Under the pieces are notes generated by a model that had not been told where the DNA came from, made no database searches, and worked only from the letters and a program-made list of their open reading frames with translations. A stretch of DNA of 63,847 nucleotides, counting the filler, from Octopus bimaculoides (lineage: Eukaryota), in NCBI RefSeq assembly GCF_001194135.2. It is 8 parts of 5 records of this genome, joined end to end, with 100 filler letters (N's around TTAATTAATTAA, not from the genome) between each part and the next. Parts side by side here need not be neighbours in the genome. Positions count along the whole stretch, not along the records: positions 49,402 to 56,244 come from NC_069004.1; positions 56,345 to 62,634 come from NC_068990.1; 6 more parts are not named here. One strand, 5' to 3'. Shown here piece by piece: positions 49,402-61,007 of this stretch (position 1 is the stretch's first letter; each line of letters starts with the position of its first letter). The translations under genes were made by a program, and so were the position numbers.

Positions 49402-51110
49402 ATTAATACAAGAAGGCAAACCTATTGCATTTGCCTCGAAAGCTCTCTCACCCACAGAGACAAGGCATGCGAACATTGAAAGAGAACTCCTGGCAGTAGT
49501 ATATGGCTGTGAAAAATTCCATACATACTTGTATGGCAGACATTTCAATATTGAATCAGACCATCGGCCGCTAGAACAAATAGACAAAAAGAACCTCACA
49601 AAATCACCAGCCAGACTACAAAGGCTACTGTTGAGGCTCCAAAAATACGACCACAACATCAGGTACAAGCCAGGAAAGGACCTGATATTAGCAGATGCTC
49701 TTTCCAGACTATCCTCACATGATAAACAGGAGATGGAAGGACTAAGGTCCACCACATTGTAAATGTGACAAATACAAAGCTGCAACAAATAAAAGAGGAG
49801 ACCAGCAAAGATGAACTCCAGTTCCTTACTCAGATGGTGATTCAGGGCTGGCCAGAGAAGAGACATCAGGTGCAGCCCCTCATTCGTGAATATTGGGCCA
49901 TCCATGATGACATAGCAGTGGAAAATGGAATCCTGATGACTGGATCCTGAATAATTATACTCAAATCAATGCAAAAAGAAATTCTTGACAAGATCAACCA
50001 AGGGCATCTGGGAATGGAAAAATGCAAACACCGAGCCAAGTCAGCTGTATATTGGGTAGGCATGTACAAAGACATAGAAAAGATGGTCTCTACATGCCAC
50101 ATCTGTCAAAAGTACAGAAACTCACAACAAAATTAGGAAATTATATCCAGTGACATTCCAAGAAGGCCATGGCAAGCTATTGGAGTAGATCTGTTCACAG
50201 AGAACCAAGAATGGTACTTGATTATGGTCTGCTTCTACTCCAAATTCCCATTTGTGAGAAAAGTGAAAGACCTGAGAGCCAAAACAATAACTACAGTGGC
50301 TCGAGGACTTGTAGCAGAGCAAGGAATACCAGAGCAGATCATATGTGACAATGGAACCCAGTTCACATCTCAGGAATTCAAAAAGCTAGCTGATGACTAT
50401 GGGTAACCTCATCTCCACACTACCCCAAAGGTCATGGATTCATAGAAAGACAGATGCAGACAGTCAAGAGAACAATAGTCAAATGCCGAGAAACTAAGAA
50501 AGATCCATACTTGGCACTTCTGTCCCTACGAGTAACACCACTGAGGGCTGACATGAAATCCCCAGCAGAAATGCTGAATGGCAGGAAATATAAAACCATC
50601 CTGCCAACTAAGATCCAACCTCCTATTGACCAAGAAGAGACAAGGGCAAAGCTAGCAGCCACTCAAGAACAAGCACAGAAATATTACAACAAACATGCAC
50701 AATATTTACCTGAGATACTTGGAGGACAACATGTGCATACTCAAGATCCTATAACCAAAACATGGATCCCAGCACAAGTCGTCAGTAGAGCCGAAACTCC
50801 AAGATCATATATTATAGAAACTGAATCTGGTAGGCAGCTGAGACGTAACAGGGCCCACGTCTGCCCAACACCAAAGCTATCGAGGATAACATGTGCAACA
50901 CCTGCAGCATCAGTGACAACACCAACAAGAACCACAACATGCACAGCAGATGACGGCACAAACAGAATCCGTGGTTCCACAGAATCATCACCCCAACGGG
51001 CACCAACCACCCATCAGCAGCCCAACAACACACTTCAGACACCAGTGCAGAGCACAAGATCCGCCAGATGGAGATCGAACATTTTACCACCGATTCGATA
51101 CCGTTAAAAG
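49402..51110 (+). mobile_element. Ty3/Gypsy pol fragment (RNase H plus integrase), disrupted
   Basis: PIAFASKAL...ERELLAVVYGCEKFHTYLYG...DHRPL...ADALSR; HQGHLGMEKCK...YW...CHIC; PWQAIGVDLF; ICDNGTQFTSQEF; GFIERQMQTVK. Several in-frame stops. Confidence 0.95.
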
Positions 51111-51289
51111 AGAAAATTAATAAAACAACTACTTCTGCTAGATTAGGAAGCAGAAAACCATGTGTGTGGGCAGAATAATCCCACGGTTTCTACTGCAGGA
51201 TTGCCACCCTTGCGTTGACAATCCATTAGTATAAGGGAGATTACTTATATTTTTTCATTACCAAAATATCCTTTTTTTTTTTCAAGGGA

Positions 51290-51494
51290 TGTTACACTTT
51301 CATATCTAGTACTATTTTGTTAAGCGCATCTACTAAGCAGTATGAACTGTGTCTAAGGCAGATACGCACAGTGTGTATCACTCCGCTATAGATGTTGTTT
51401 TGTAAACATGTCAAAATAAATAAACACGTAGAATCATAACAATGCCTTCAGTGAGTTGTTTATTATCCCATCAAGAACAAATGAATACATAACA
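51290..51494 (+). mobile_element. 3' LTR of the Gypsy element (205 bp)
   Basis: TGTTA...TAACA inverted termini, preceded by a T-tract and short purine run AAGGGA; internal AATAAA. Confidence 0.7.
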
Positions 51495-52366
51495 GGTAGC
51501 ATTGAACCTGAACACGTGGTTGCAAAGCGAGCTTCTTAACCACACAGACTGCGCCTATTATCAGTGTTTCCATTAGGTTAATAAATGTTTCTCACCCCAG
51601 CCTTCGCTTCGTTTCTCTCACTCCTCACCTCTCCACATCATATTCCGCACACAACCAAAACCAAATTTCACGAAAAGAAGAAAAAAAATACGTAATAAAT
51701 ATTCTTCCAAAATACAATAAATAACGATAAATAACAATAACAAAAAGAACATATAAAGCCAATAATGTTTAACCCAGAAATTGGTGAAGTGGAACATGGA
51801 ACATACACACTGAAACTCTCTCACACATACGATGTTCTCATCACCCACACATTTCTTTATAGATGTTACCTCAGCTACCGCCCTGGAATGTTAAGAATGG
51901 CTTCACTCTGCAGAACTAGCTATGAATTTCACGATCATTTAAAGTGAAAAAAAAGCAACTATTTGTAAATACTACGGGTGAGACAAAAGCGACATTTTTA
52001 TATGAACACCTGTCTGTCTGTTTTTCTCAGTCTCCCAGTCTTTCTCTCTTTCTGTATTACTTTCTCGATCACGTTCTCTCTCTATCTCTCATCCACCACC
52101 GATCTGTTTGAATATGTAGCAACCAAGTCTCCCTCCCTCTATGTAATTTACACACAATCAAACAGATGTTTCGAAACATTTCCGCTAAATCTGCTAATTT
52201 CTTTTACATAATAAACACGAAAATATATTCTTTTAATTTTATTTTTAACCTTTCTCACTGCTAAAGAGCCGGTTTCCAAACCACAAAACTCTTTCATTGG
52301 AATTAAGACATCAACTGGATAACCATGTATGTATGTATGTATGTATGTATGCATGTATGTATGTAT

Positions 52367-53155
52367 TAGTGGCGACTCCGGCACTCGGGCTATTCAGGTT
52401 TAGCCCGAGTAATAAATTTAGTAAAGTGAACGTGTATTTGCAAGCTGATTTAATTTCTACCAACGCTGACTTCAAGTATGTAATTGCCGTCAATAACTCG
52501 GGCTCCTTTTATTGAGCCTGGTCGCAGTTCATTTATTTTCCTTCAGTGTCTGGCGATCGTCTTAGAGGTGCCCTGTATAAAAAAAATATCATTCGTAGCA
52601 GACGTTCTCTCGACATCATTCATACGCGCCCGACTCGGGCTCAGAAGTTACAGCCCGAGTTGTTATCTATGATCGTAAAAATAAAAGTAATTCAAATTCA
52701 ATATTTTCTTGGAACAATAAATTTCTATAGAGATTAGGATTTAAATTCCAATCTATGAAAAGTTTCCGTTCGAAAATATTCTTGAAGGAACGAAAAATTA
52801 CCCAGCAACTCGGGCTAACAAGAACGAGCCTGGTAGGTATCTCTTGTCAAGAGTACAGGTGAGAGTCAGATCGCTAGTGTTTGTTGTGCACTCCACTGAC
52901 GTTATTTGATTGCTGTTATTCTGTGTATCTGTGAGTAAAGGTCAGTTGTGTTTTGCAGGATTATTATTTTTTTAACCCTTAACTTAGAAATGGAGAAAGG
53001 CATAGTGCTAGATATTAAAAAAATAAGCCATTTGGGGCTAGATATAAAGCGGAAAAATGTGAAACTCTTGGAGTCTAATGCGAAATCTGTGATGAGCCCG
53101 AATGACGAAATCTGTTATGAACCCGAGTGACGCTGATGTCCCGGAGTCACCGCTG
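52367..53155. mobile_element. Non-autonomous hAT-type element (MITE)
   Basis: 15-bp TIRs TAGTGGCGACTCCGG / CCGGAGTCACCGCTG (12/15 match). 8-bp flanks GTATGTAT / GTATCCAT. Iterated internal ACTCGGGCT motif. Confidence 0.75.
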
Positions 53156-53169
53156 GTATCCATGCATGC

Positions 53170-53202
<33 letters not shown>

Positions 53203-54243
53203 TGTATGTATGTTCAGAGAAGCTGGCGTTTATAGTGGTACATAAGTTTTCTTCTATCCTAATACCTTGATTAGATGTTTATATTTGGCGGCAGATTTGA
53301 TGGGAAAGTTCAACTAATGTTTCTTGTATTGAAATGCATACATATACCAACAACAGAAATATTCAACATCATATAACCATGGAAGATTCCATCCAAGAAA
53401 CACTTTTGGATAACTGTAGATCAAATGAGCAATATCTTCTACAGAAGTCAACAGAAATGTGATATAATCGGTATTATCTATCGCATTTTGAGAGTTAAAG
53501 GGCTTCAGCGAATCTTTCGTTCATTATATATTTATCTCCTGATAATCACGTCACATTTCGAAGATCATGATTTTGTCTTACAAAATCATAATCTTCAACA
53601 TATGACGTGTGCAACGGTTAAACCTTTTTTGAATGTTAGCATCACTGTAAAATGTCGTGTTGTAAAAGTTCGGAGTGCAGTATTTTTAGAAAGTATGATG
53701 AAAATCTTCTGAAGGACAAGGCCCGAAATCTTCTAAGGACAAGGCCCAAAATTTTTGGGGAGGGGCCCAGTCGATTAGATCAACCCCAATACGCAACTNN
53801 NNNNNNNNNNNNNNNNNNNNNNNNNNNNNNNNNNNNNNNNNNNNNNNNNNNNNNNNNNNNNNNNNNNNNNNNNNNNNNNNNNNNNNNNNNNNNNNNNNNN
53901 NNNNNNNNNNNNNNNNNNNNNNNNNNNNNNNNNNNNNNNNNNNNNNNNNNNNNNNNNNNNNNNNNNNNNNNNNNNNNNNNNNNNNNNNNNNNNNNNNNNN
54001 NNNNNNNNNNNNNNNNNNNNNNNNNNNNNNNNNNNNNNNNNNNNNNNNNNNNNNNNNNNNNNNNNNNNNNNNNNNNNNNNNNNNNNNNNNNNNNNNNNNN
54101 NNNNNNNNNNNNNNNNNNNNNNNNNNNNNNNNNNNNNNNNNNNNNNNNNNNNNNNNNNNNNNNNNNNNNNNNNNNNNNNNNNNNNNNNNNNNNNNNNNNN
54201 NNNNNNNNNNNNNNNNNNNNNNNNNNNNNNNNNNNNNNNNNNN

Positions 54244-56244
54244 GCGCTTCACGCGCTTTCTAACCCTCTTTTAGCGCGATGCCTTCGACGTAACAACAAC
54301 TTGCTCCTCTGAGATGCCTCAACGAGGCTTTTAACCTTCCAATGCTGATTACAAGTCAACCAGCGGCTGCCAGGCTGAATAACACAGGATTTGTAAAACC
54401 AAGCATCACCAAAAATAAAACTTATTTTTATTATGTTGTTAATTGTTCTACTGTTTCTTAATATATAATTTTGTTAAAAGGTGATAGAGAGAGACTAATG
54501 TCTCTATTGCTACTATCAACCTTTTATACTGGTGACCCCAAGTACAGAATACGGAATTATCTCTCTCACAACTCGTCAACCGGAAGAAAAGACGATAAAA
54601 AAATTTGTCACGATAACAACGCCTGCCTTTCAAAAAAACTCTCCATTTTCTATCATTCGCGTCAGAGCGCGAAGAGACGAAGAAAGAAACAGTAATAAGC
54701 AATCGCTGCAAATCCACATGGTGTCAATTGGACTACATTACTTCAAAAGTATGATATCTTGTATTACTAACAGGACAACAGTAAAATACAACATACACAC
54801 ACACATTTAATTTCTCTGTCCTGTCCTGGTTACATCTCTCTTGCAGACAAAATACGAGAAGGTTGGTGAAATTTTTTTCTTGCACGCAGTACAAGCAACA
54901 CACACACACACACACACACACAAAAACAAAAAAAACAAAAGCAAACGCCATTGTTGTTTTTGTTTTACGAATTTTTTTCCTCTCTCTTATGCAACTGTTG
55001 TTTCCACACACCAAACAAGAACAACAACAAAATTATTGTTTCTTATCGGCTTTATTTTTTTGTGTCCTCGTATCAAGAAAATTTTGTTCCTTGTTTCTTT
55101 TCTTTCCTTTCACTTTGACAGAATCATTCTCGAATAAATATGTCGTCCCACATGTTACCACCATTCAATGGTGATGCCATTTTATGGTTCGCTCAACTAG
55201 GGGCTCACTTTGATGCATACGGAATTTCTCCGACGAATCAACTGAAATTCTTCTATTGTAGTTTACCAACACAGCTTGCAACATCTGCCAGAGATCTAAT
55301 TACATCCCCGAACCCAGACGCCACTTATGCGTCTGTAAAGGCAGAAATTTTGCGACGCAACACGAAGTCTGCCGAAAGCAGATTTAATGAGCTGATGGCT
55401 GATGAAGAATTAGGCGACAGGACACCTTCAGAATTTTTACGCCACCTTAGGGAGCTGAGCGGTGAGAGGACTGACGCCCCTCTCCTTTGTAAGATTTTTT
55501 TCTCTCGTTTACCGTTTCACGTGCGTACAATTTTGGCGACTGCGCTTGACGCCTACACGGTTGATCAAGTCGCCACTATGGCGGACAAGATTCTTGAATT
55601 TTCCGCTCAGCCAGCACACGGTGCCTGTCTCTCTTCTGAGGCTTCATCAATTGCCTCACATAAATCCTCTCCCTCCTATGATGTTTTGCTGACAAACTGG
55701 AAGAACTTACGCGTCGGGTGAATGATCTGTGCCATTCTAAGCGGTCTTCACGCTCTCGTAGCAGATCTCGTAGTCATTCGACTTCTAGGACACAACCTGG
55801 TATGTGCTGGTATCATACGAAATTTGCTGAAAAGTCACGCAAGTGCATTCAACCATGCTCCTTTAAAGTTTCGGAAAACTTCCAAGGAAGAAATTGTGCA
55901 CGTCTGTTTCTTCCTCTGCACCTACCTTTCATCGTGCAATTTTTGTCCAGGACCAGGTGTCGAAGAAGTCCTTCATGATTGATACCGGGTCGTGCTGTAG
56001 TATTTGGACTCTTCGCTTTACTACTGACAAACCTAAGCGTTCGCTTATAGTGTTGTATGCAATTGATTCCTCCTCGATAAATACATTTGGTCAGCTTTCT
56101 CTACGCCTAGACATTGGTCTTCGTAGAGATTTTCAATGGGTTTTTGTCATAGCTGACATTCCGCATCCTATTTTGGGTGCGGACTTTTTAAATCATTTTA
56201 ACTTGTTGGTAGATGTTCGGCGTCGGAGGCTTGTCGACGATTCA
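54244..56244 (+). mobile_element. Ty3/Gypsy 5' part: LTR end, PBS, gag, protease
   Basis: PBS TGGTGACCCC (54530-54539, complementary to the tRNA-Trp 3' end). Gag LPPFNGDAILWFAQLGAHF...DRTPSEFLRHL and CWYHTKF..KSRKCIQPCSF. Protease FMIDTGS...PILGADFL. Frameshifted. Confidence 0.9.
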
Positions 56245-56359
56245 NNNNNNNNNNNNNNNNNNNNNNNNNNNNNNNNNNNNNNNNNNNNTTAATTAATTAA
56301 NNNNNNNNNNNNNNNNNNNNNNNNNNNNNNNNNNNNNNNNNNNNTAAATAATTATTACT

Positions 56360-59090
56360 AATTAATGACATCAGAATTAGAGCTAGAAAGACTCTGAGAA
56401 ATAAACCAATCTGGAAAAGAAGACTATGGAAGCTCAAAGACCCAGCAAACAGACAAAAATTTAGAGATTTCCAAATGGAAGATTCTGACGAAAGAGAGGA
56501 AGAATTGGAAGACTTATAGCTTAGAGGATAATTGCAAATTCCTGTAGGACAATCTACTGAGGACTACAAACAAAGCAGAGTCCAAGCTAGACCAAGAGTG
56601 ACATGGTGGTGGAACAAGGAGTCCACAGCGCTATAAAGGTAAAGAGACAGGCCTGGAAAGACTGGGAAAATGGTGGAAGTAGTGAGTTATATCAGGTAGC
56701 CAGAAGGGCAGCTAGAAATCAGGTTTACATAGCAAAAAAGAATAGCAGACGGTAAGAAATCTGCAATGTTCTACAGCATGAGGATAAGAGGCATAAGGTA
56801 TTCAGAACTGCAAAGCAGTATATCTGAATAGAGGTGTGGTGGGTGAGAAATGTGTGCAAATGGATAAGGGTATGCTTGCACTTTGTGCCTCAGAGAAGAA
56901 AGATGTGTAGAATTGTCACTATGAAAGGTTACTAAAAGTGGAAAATGAATGGGAGAAGGAGAGACTACCAAGTATCGAACCAATTGAGGGACCAGCCATC
57001 AGAGTTGATAGCAGTATAATAGATAAGGCGGTTAAGGATATGAAGACAGGGAAAGCCCCTGAGCCATCAAGAATCACTGCCAAGATTATTAAAATGTTCA
57101 GTGGTATAGGATACAGCTTAGCCACCTGTATAGTTAATCGATTATTCAGGAAGGTATCATTTCCAATGACTGGTGTACTAGTATTATAGTTAGCTGCTAT
57201 AGGGGTAAAGGTGATACCTTAGATAGAGAAACTACAGAGATATTAAACTGCAAGACCATGTCATGAAAGTTACTGCGAGGGTTATAGCTCAATTGATTAA
57301 GAATAGAATTAAACTAGATGAGATACAGTTTGGTTTTGCACCTGGAAGAAGTACCATAGATGCTATCTTCCTAGTGAGATAGCTGCAGGAAAAGTACTTG
57401 ATCAAAAGTAAGCCATTGTACTTAACCTTCATTGACCTGGAGAAAGCTTTCGACAGAGTTCCCTGCTCTATTATATGGTGGTTTCAAAGGAAGTTAGGAG
57501 TTGAGGAGTGGCTTGTTAGAGCTGTACAAGCCATGTACAGTGGTGCTGTCAGTAAGGTGAGAGTTGGTCGTGAATACAGTGATGAATTTAGCATTTGGGT
57601 AGGGGTTCACCACTACTCAGTTCTCAGCCTACTCCTATTCATTATAATCCTCCAGGCCATAACAGAGGAATTCAAAACTGGGTGTCCATGGGAACTGCTA
57701 TTTGCAGATGACCTTCCTCTTATTACAGAATCTTTATCAGAATTGGAGAAGAAATTCCAGGTATGGAAACAAAACCTGGAATCAAAGGGCCTTAAAGTTA
57801 ACCTAGCAAAGACCAAAGTTGTTAGTAAGGAAGTAGATAAAAGTCTTTTTCTGTCAATTAAATTGCCCTGCTCAATATGTAAGAAAGGGGTTGAAAGAAA
57901 TTCCATTCACTGCATTCAATGTAAACTAATGACACATAAGAGGTGCAGTGGAATCACGGATAGATTAATAGATAAAGTCGTCTTTGTATGTGGCAGATAT
58001 GCAGGAACAACAAGCATTAAGAGCATGCGGGATTTAGGTTCACTTAAATGCCCAGGAGTCTCTCTTGAGGTTGTAGATAGTTTCTGTTACCTAGGTGACC
58101 AAATTAGTAATGGTGGAGGATGCACTGAAAGTACTGTTTCTAGAATAAGAATAGGGTGGAGGAAGTTATTACCTCTGTTGGCAACAAAAGGCCTCTATCT
58201 CAGAATGAAAGGTAGACTGTATGATGCTTGTGTGCAAATGGCTGTACTCCATGCTATTGAAACATGGGCTCTGAATACAGATGTGTAGAGTGGAGAGAAA
58301 CGAAGGTAGTATGCTCCATTGGATGTGCAACATCAGTGTGCATATACGACAGAGTGCAAATGTATTGAGATGAAAGTTGGGCATAAGAGGAGGCAAATGT
58401 AGCATGCAAGAGAGAAGAGTATGTTGGTTTGGACATGGGGTGCATATGAATGAGGACATCTACATAAAGAAGTGCTAATCAATGAAAGTGGATGGTACCC
58501 GCAGAAGATGGAGACCCAGGAAGACATGGAAGGAAGTGGTAAGGACTGATCTTAGGATGTTGGGCCTCACAAAGGAAATGATAATGGACTGAGATGTCTT
58601 GTGATATGAGGTTCTTGAGAAGACCCACCCATGTCAGCGAAACTGAGTTCCAGAAACGCTGTGTGTCCCACCTACACATAACAAGAAAACTTCTTACACA
58701 CCCTACTACAACAAACCAAACTACATCTCTACATCTCTTCTCTTCCTCACATTTCATCTTCTATGCACTATGTCTACCTCTCACACCCCAAACCTGTTTT
58801 CACAGCCCTGTTTCTCTGTATCATTGCTATCCATTGCCCCACCACCACTCTATATACCCAAGTTTTCACCACTCACAATCCCTCCCCACTCTCAAGTTAT
58901 GCTTCTGTAGCAATATCCTGCCACTTACATTGTGACCTTTGAACCCCAAGGGTATGCCCTGGCACTTGCCACCATCTATATCTCCCTCTGCCTTTACTCA
59001 ACTGCTCCATTTATATTCTGATCCCTGTCCCTTGTGAGTGTGCTAGCATGGAAGGCGGACATTAAATGATGATGACAATGATGATGATGA
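56360..59090 (+). mobile_element. RTE-clade LINE, 5'-truncated, decayed RT with 3' UTR and (GAT)n tail
   Basis: MKTGKAPEPS; QFGFAPGRSTIDAIF; FIDLEKAFDRVP; WELLFADDL (57701-57712); FCYLGD. Tail TGCTAGCATGGAAGGCGGACATTAAA(TGA)n. Confidence 0.92.
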
Positions 59091-59199
59091 CCATTCACAT
59101 GCTGAAAGCCAGGAGTGAGACAGAAGGTATGAAGTGAGTTCGTTCAACATAGCTTACATTTCTCAAACATGTAACTAAGGTGATTTGTTATGTATGTAC

Positions 59200-59400
59200 A
59201 TATAAACTTATTATCATCATCATTATCATTTTAACATTCATTTTCCCATGCTTGCATGGGTCAGATGGAATTCGAGGGGGGAAAATTTCCTGCAGCCAGA
59301 CACAACTCCAGTCATCAACCCCCACTTGTTTCCAAGTAGGGCAATATTCCCCATCATCAGACCTGCTTGCATGTTGATGACATTCATTTACTACTGATGT
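59200..59400 (-). mobile_element. RTE-type 3' tail fragment
   Basis: Reverse complement reads CCCATGCAAGCATGGGAAAATGAATGTTAAAATGAT(GAT)n. Confidence 0.6.
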
Positions 59401-59924
59401 ATGAAGTCAATGCAAAGAGACACACACACACACANNNNNNNNNNNNNNNNNNNNNNNNNNNNNNNNNNNNNNNNNNNNNNNNNNNNNNNNNNNNNNNNNN
59501 NNNNNNNNNNNNNNNNNNNNNNNNNNNNNNNNNNNNNNNNNNNNNNNNNNNNNNNNNNNNNNNNNNNNNNNNNNNNNNNNNNNNNNNNNNNNNNNNNNNN
59601 NNNNNNNNNNNNNNNNNNNNNNNNNNNNNNNNNNNNNNNNNNNNNNNNNNNNNNNNNNNNNNNNNNNNNNNNNNNNNNNNNNNNNNNNNNNNNNNNNNNN
59701 NNNNNNNNNNNNNNNNNNNNNNNNNNNNNNNNNNNNNNNNNNNNNNNNNNNNNNNNNNNNNNNNNNNNNNNNNNNNNNNNNNNNNNNNNNNNNNNNNNNN
59801 NNNNNNNNNNNNNNNNNNNNNNNNNNNNNNNNNNNNAGAAGAAGAAGAAGAAGAAGAAGAAGAAGAAGAAGAAGAAGAAGAAGAAGAAGAAGAAGGAAGA
59901 AGAAGAAGACGAAAAATCCTTTCT

Positions 59925-60085
59925 ACTATAGGTACAAGGCCTATAGTAGAAATCCCCTCCCACTAGTGCTCAGCTGGTACTCAACTGAACCTGTGTTCAA
60001 CTGGTACTGAATGTATTGACCCTGAAAGGATGAAAGGTAAAGCTGACCATGGCAGAATTTGAACTCAGATAATAAAGACAGGTGA
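59925..60085 (-). mobile_element. SINE family B, CpG-decayed
   Basis: GACCCTGAAAGGATGAAAGGTAAAGCTGACCATGGCAGAATTTGAACTCAG aligns to the copy at 1861-1930. Confidence 0.75.
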
Positions 60086-60569
60086 ATAGAAAGTATTCAA
60101 TGCCAGGAATTTGAAGGGATATGGATACCTTTTTAATATCAGCTTTCCTCAAACTGTCTCTTTTTCATAAAAAAAAATCGTGTGTTTATTTTAAACTCTG
60201 TGATGTTTGAGTCTAGACATCAAAGTTACCAGTAATGCATTCACCACATGAAATTAAAATTGTTGTTATCTAAACATATTTGCCACTAATTTATCATAGC
60301 TCATCAGAGGAAAAACTGATTACTGTTTATTCTGCACAGGAAATATGAATGAAATTGCATGTCTTTTGATAAGTCTGGAACATTACTGTAGATCAGTAGT
60401 TCTCAGATGGAGTCCATAGGGCCTTTGGGGCTTCATGTAAGATTCTGTTGTTAGAATTTATCTACAATAAACTGGTTTTTCTTCTACAATATGCAAAATA
60501 TTTTAACAACTTTTTTATACAATTCCTAATAATATTTGATTATAAAATATATAACTAAATTCGACGAAT

Positions 60570-61007
60570 GGCACCCATGCCAACGTCATCTCCTTCATTG
60601 GACACGAAACTTGGCTTGCGAAGACCTGTTGAGGCAAGTGAAAGCAAAATCATGATGGCACCTGTGCCCAGCGTCGCCTTTATGGCACTTGTGCCCGTGG
60701 CATGTGTAAGGACTTTCGAGCGAGATCATTGCCAGTGCCCCTGGACTGGCTCCTGTGTGGGTGGCACGTAAAATACATCACTTTGAGCATGGCTGTTGCC
60801 AGTACCGCATGACTGGCCTTCGTGCTGGTGGCACGTAAAAGCACCCACTACACTCTCGGAGTGGTTGGCATTAGGAAGGGCATCCAGCTGTAGAAACTCT
60901 GCCAAATCAGAATGGAGCCTGGTGTAGCCATCTGGTTTCACCAGTCCTCAGTCAAATCGTCCAACCCATGCTAGCATGGAAAGTGGACGTTAAACGATGA
61001 TGATGAT
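60570..61007 (+). mobile_element. RTE LINE 3' UTR fragment
   Basis: Repeated GGTGGCACGTAAAA, GGAAGGGCATCCAGCTGTAGAAAC, and tail CCCATGCTAGCATGGAAAGTGGACGTTAAAC(GAT)n. Confidence 0.8.
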
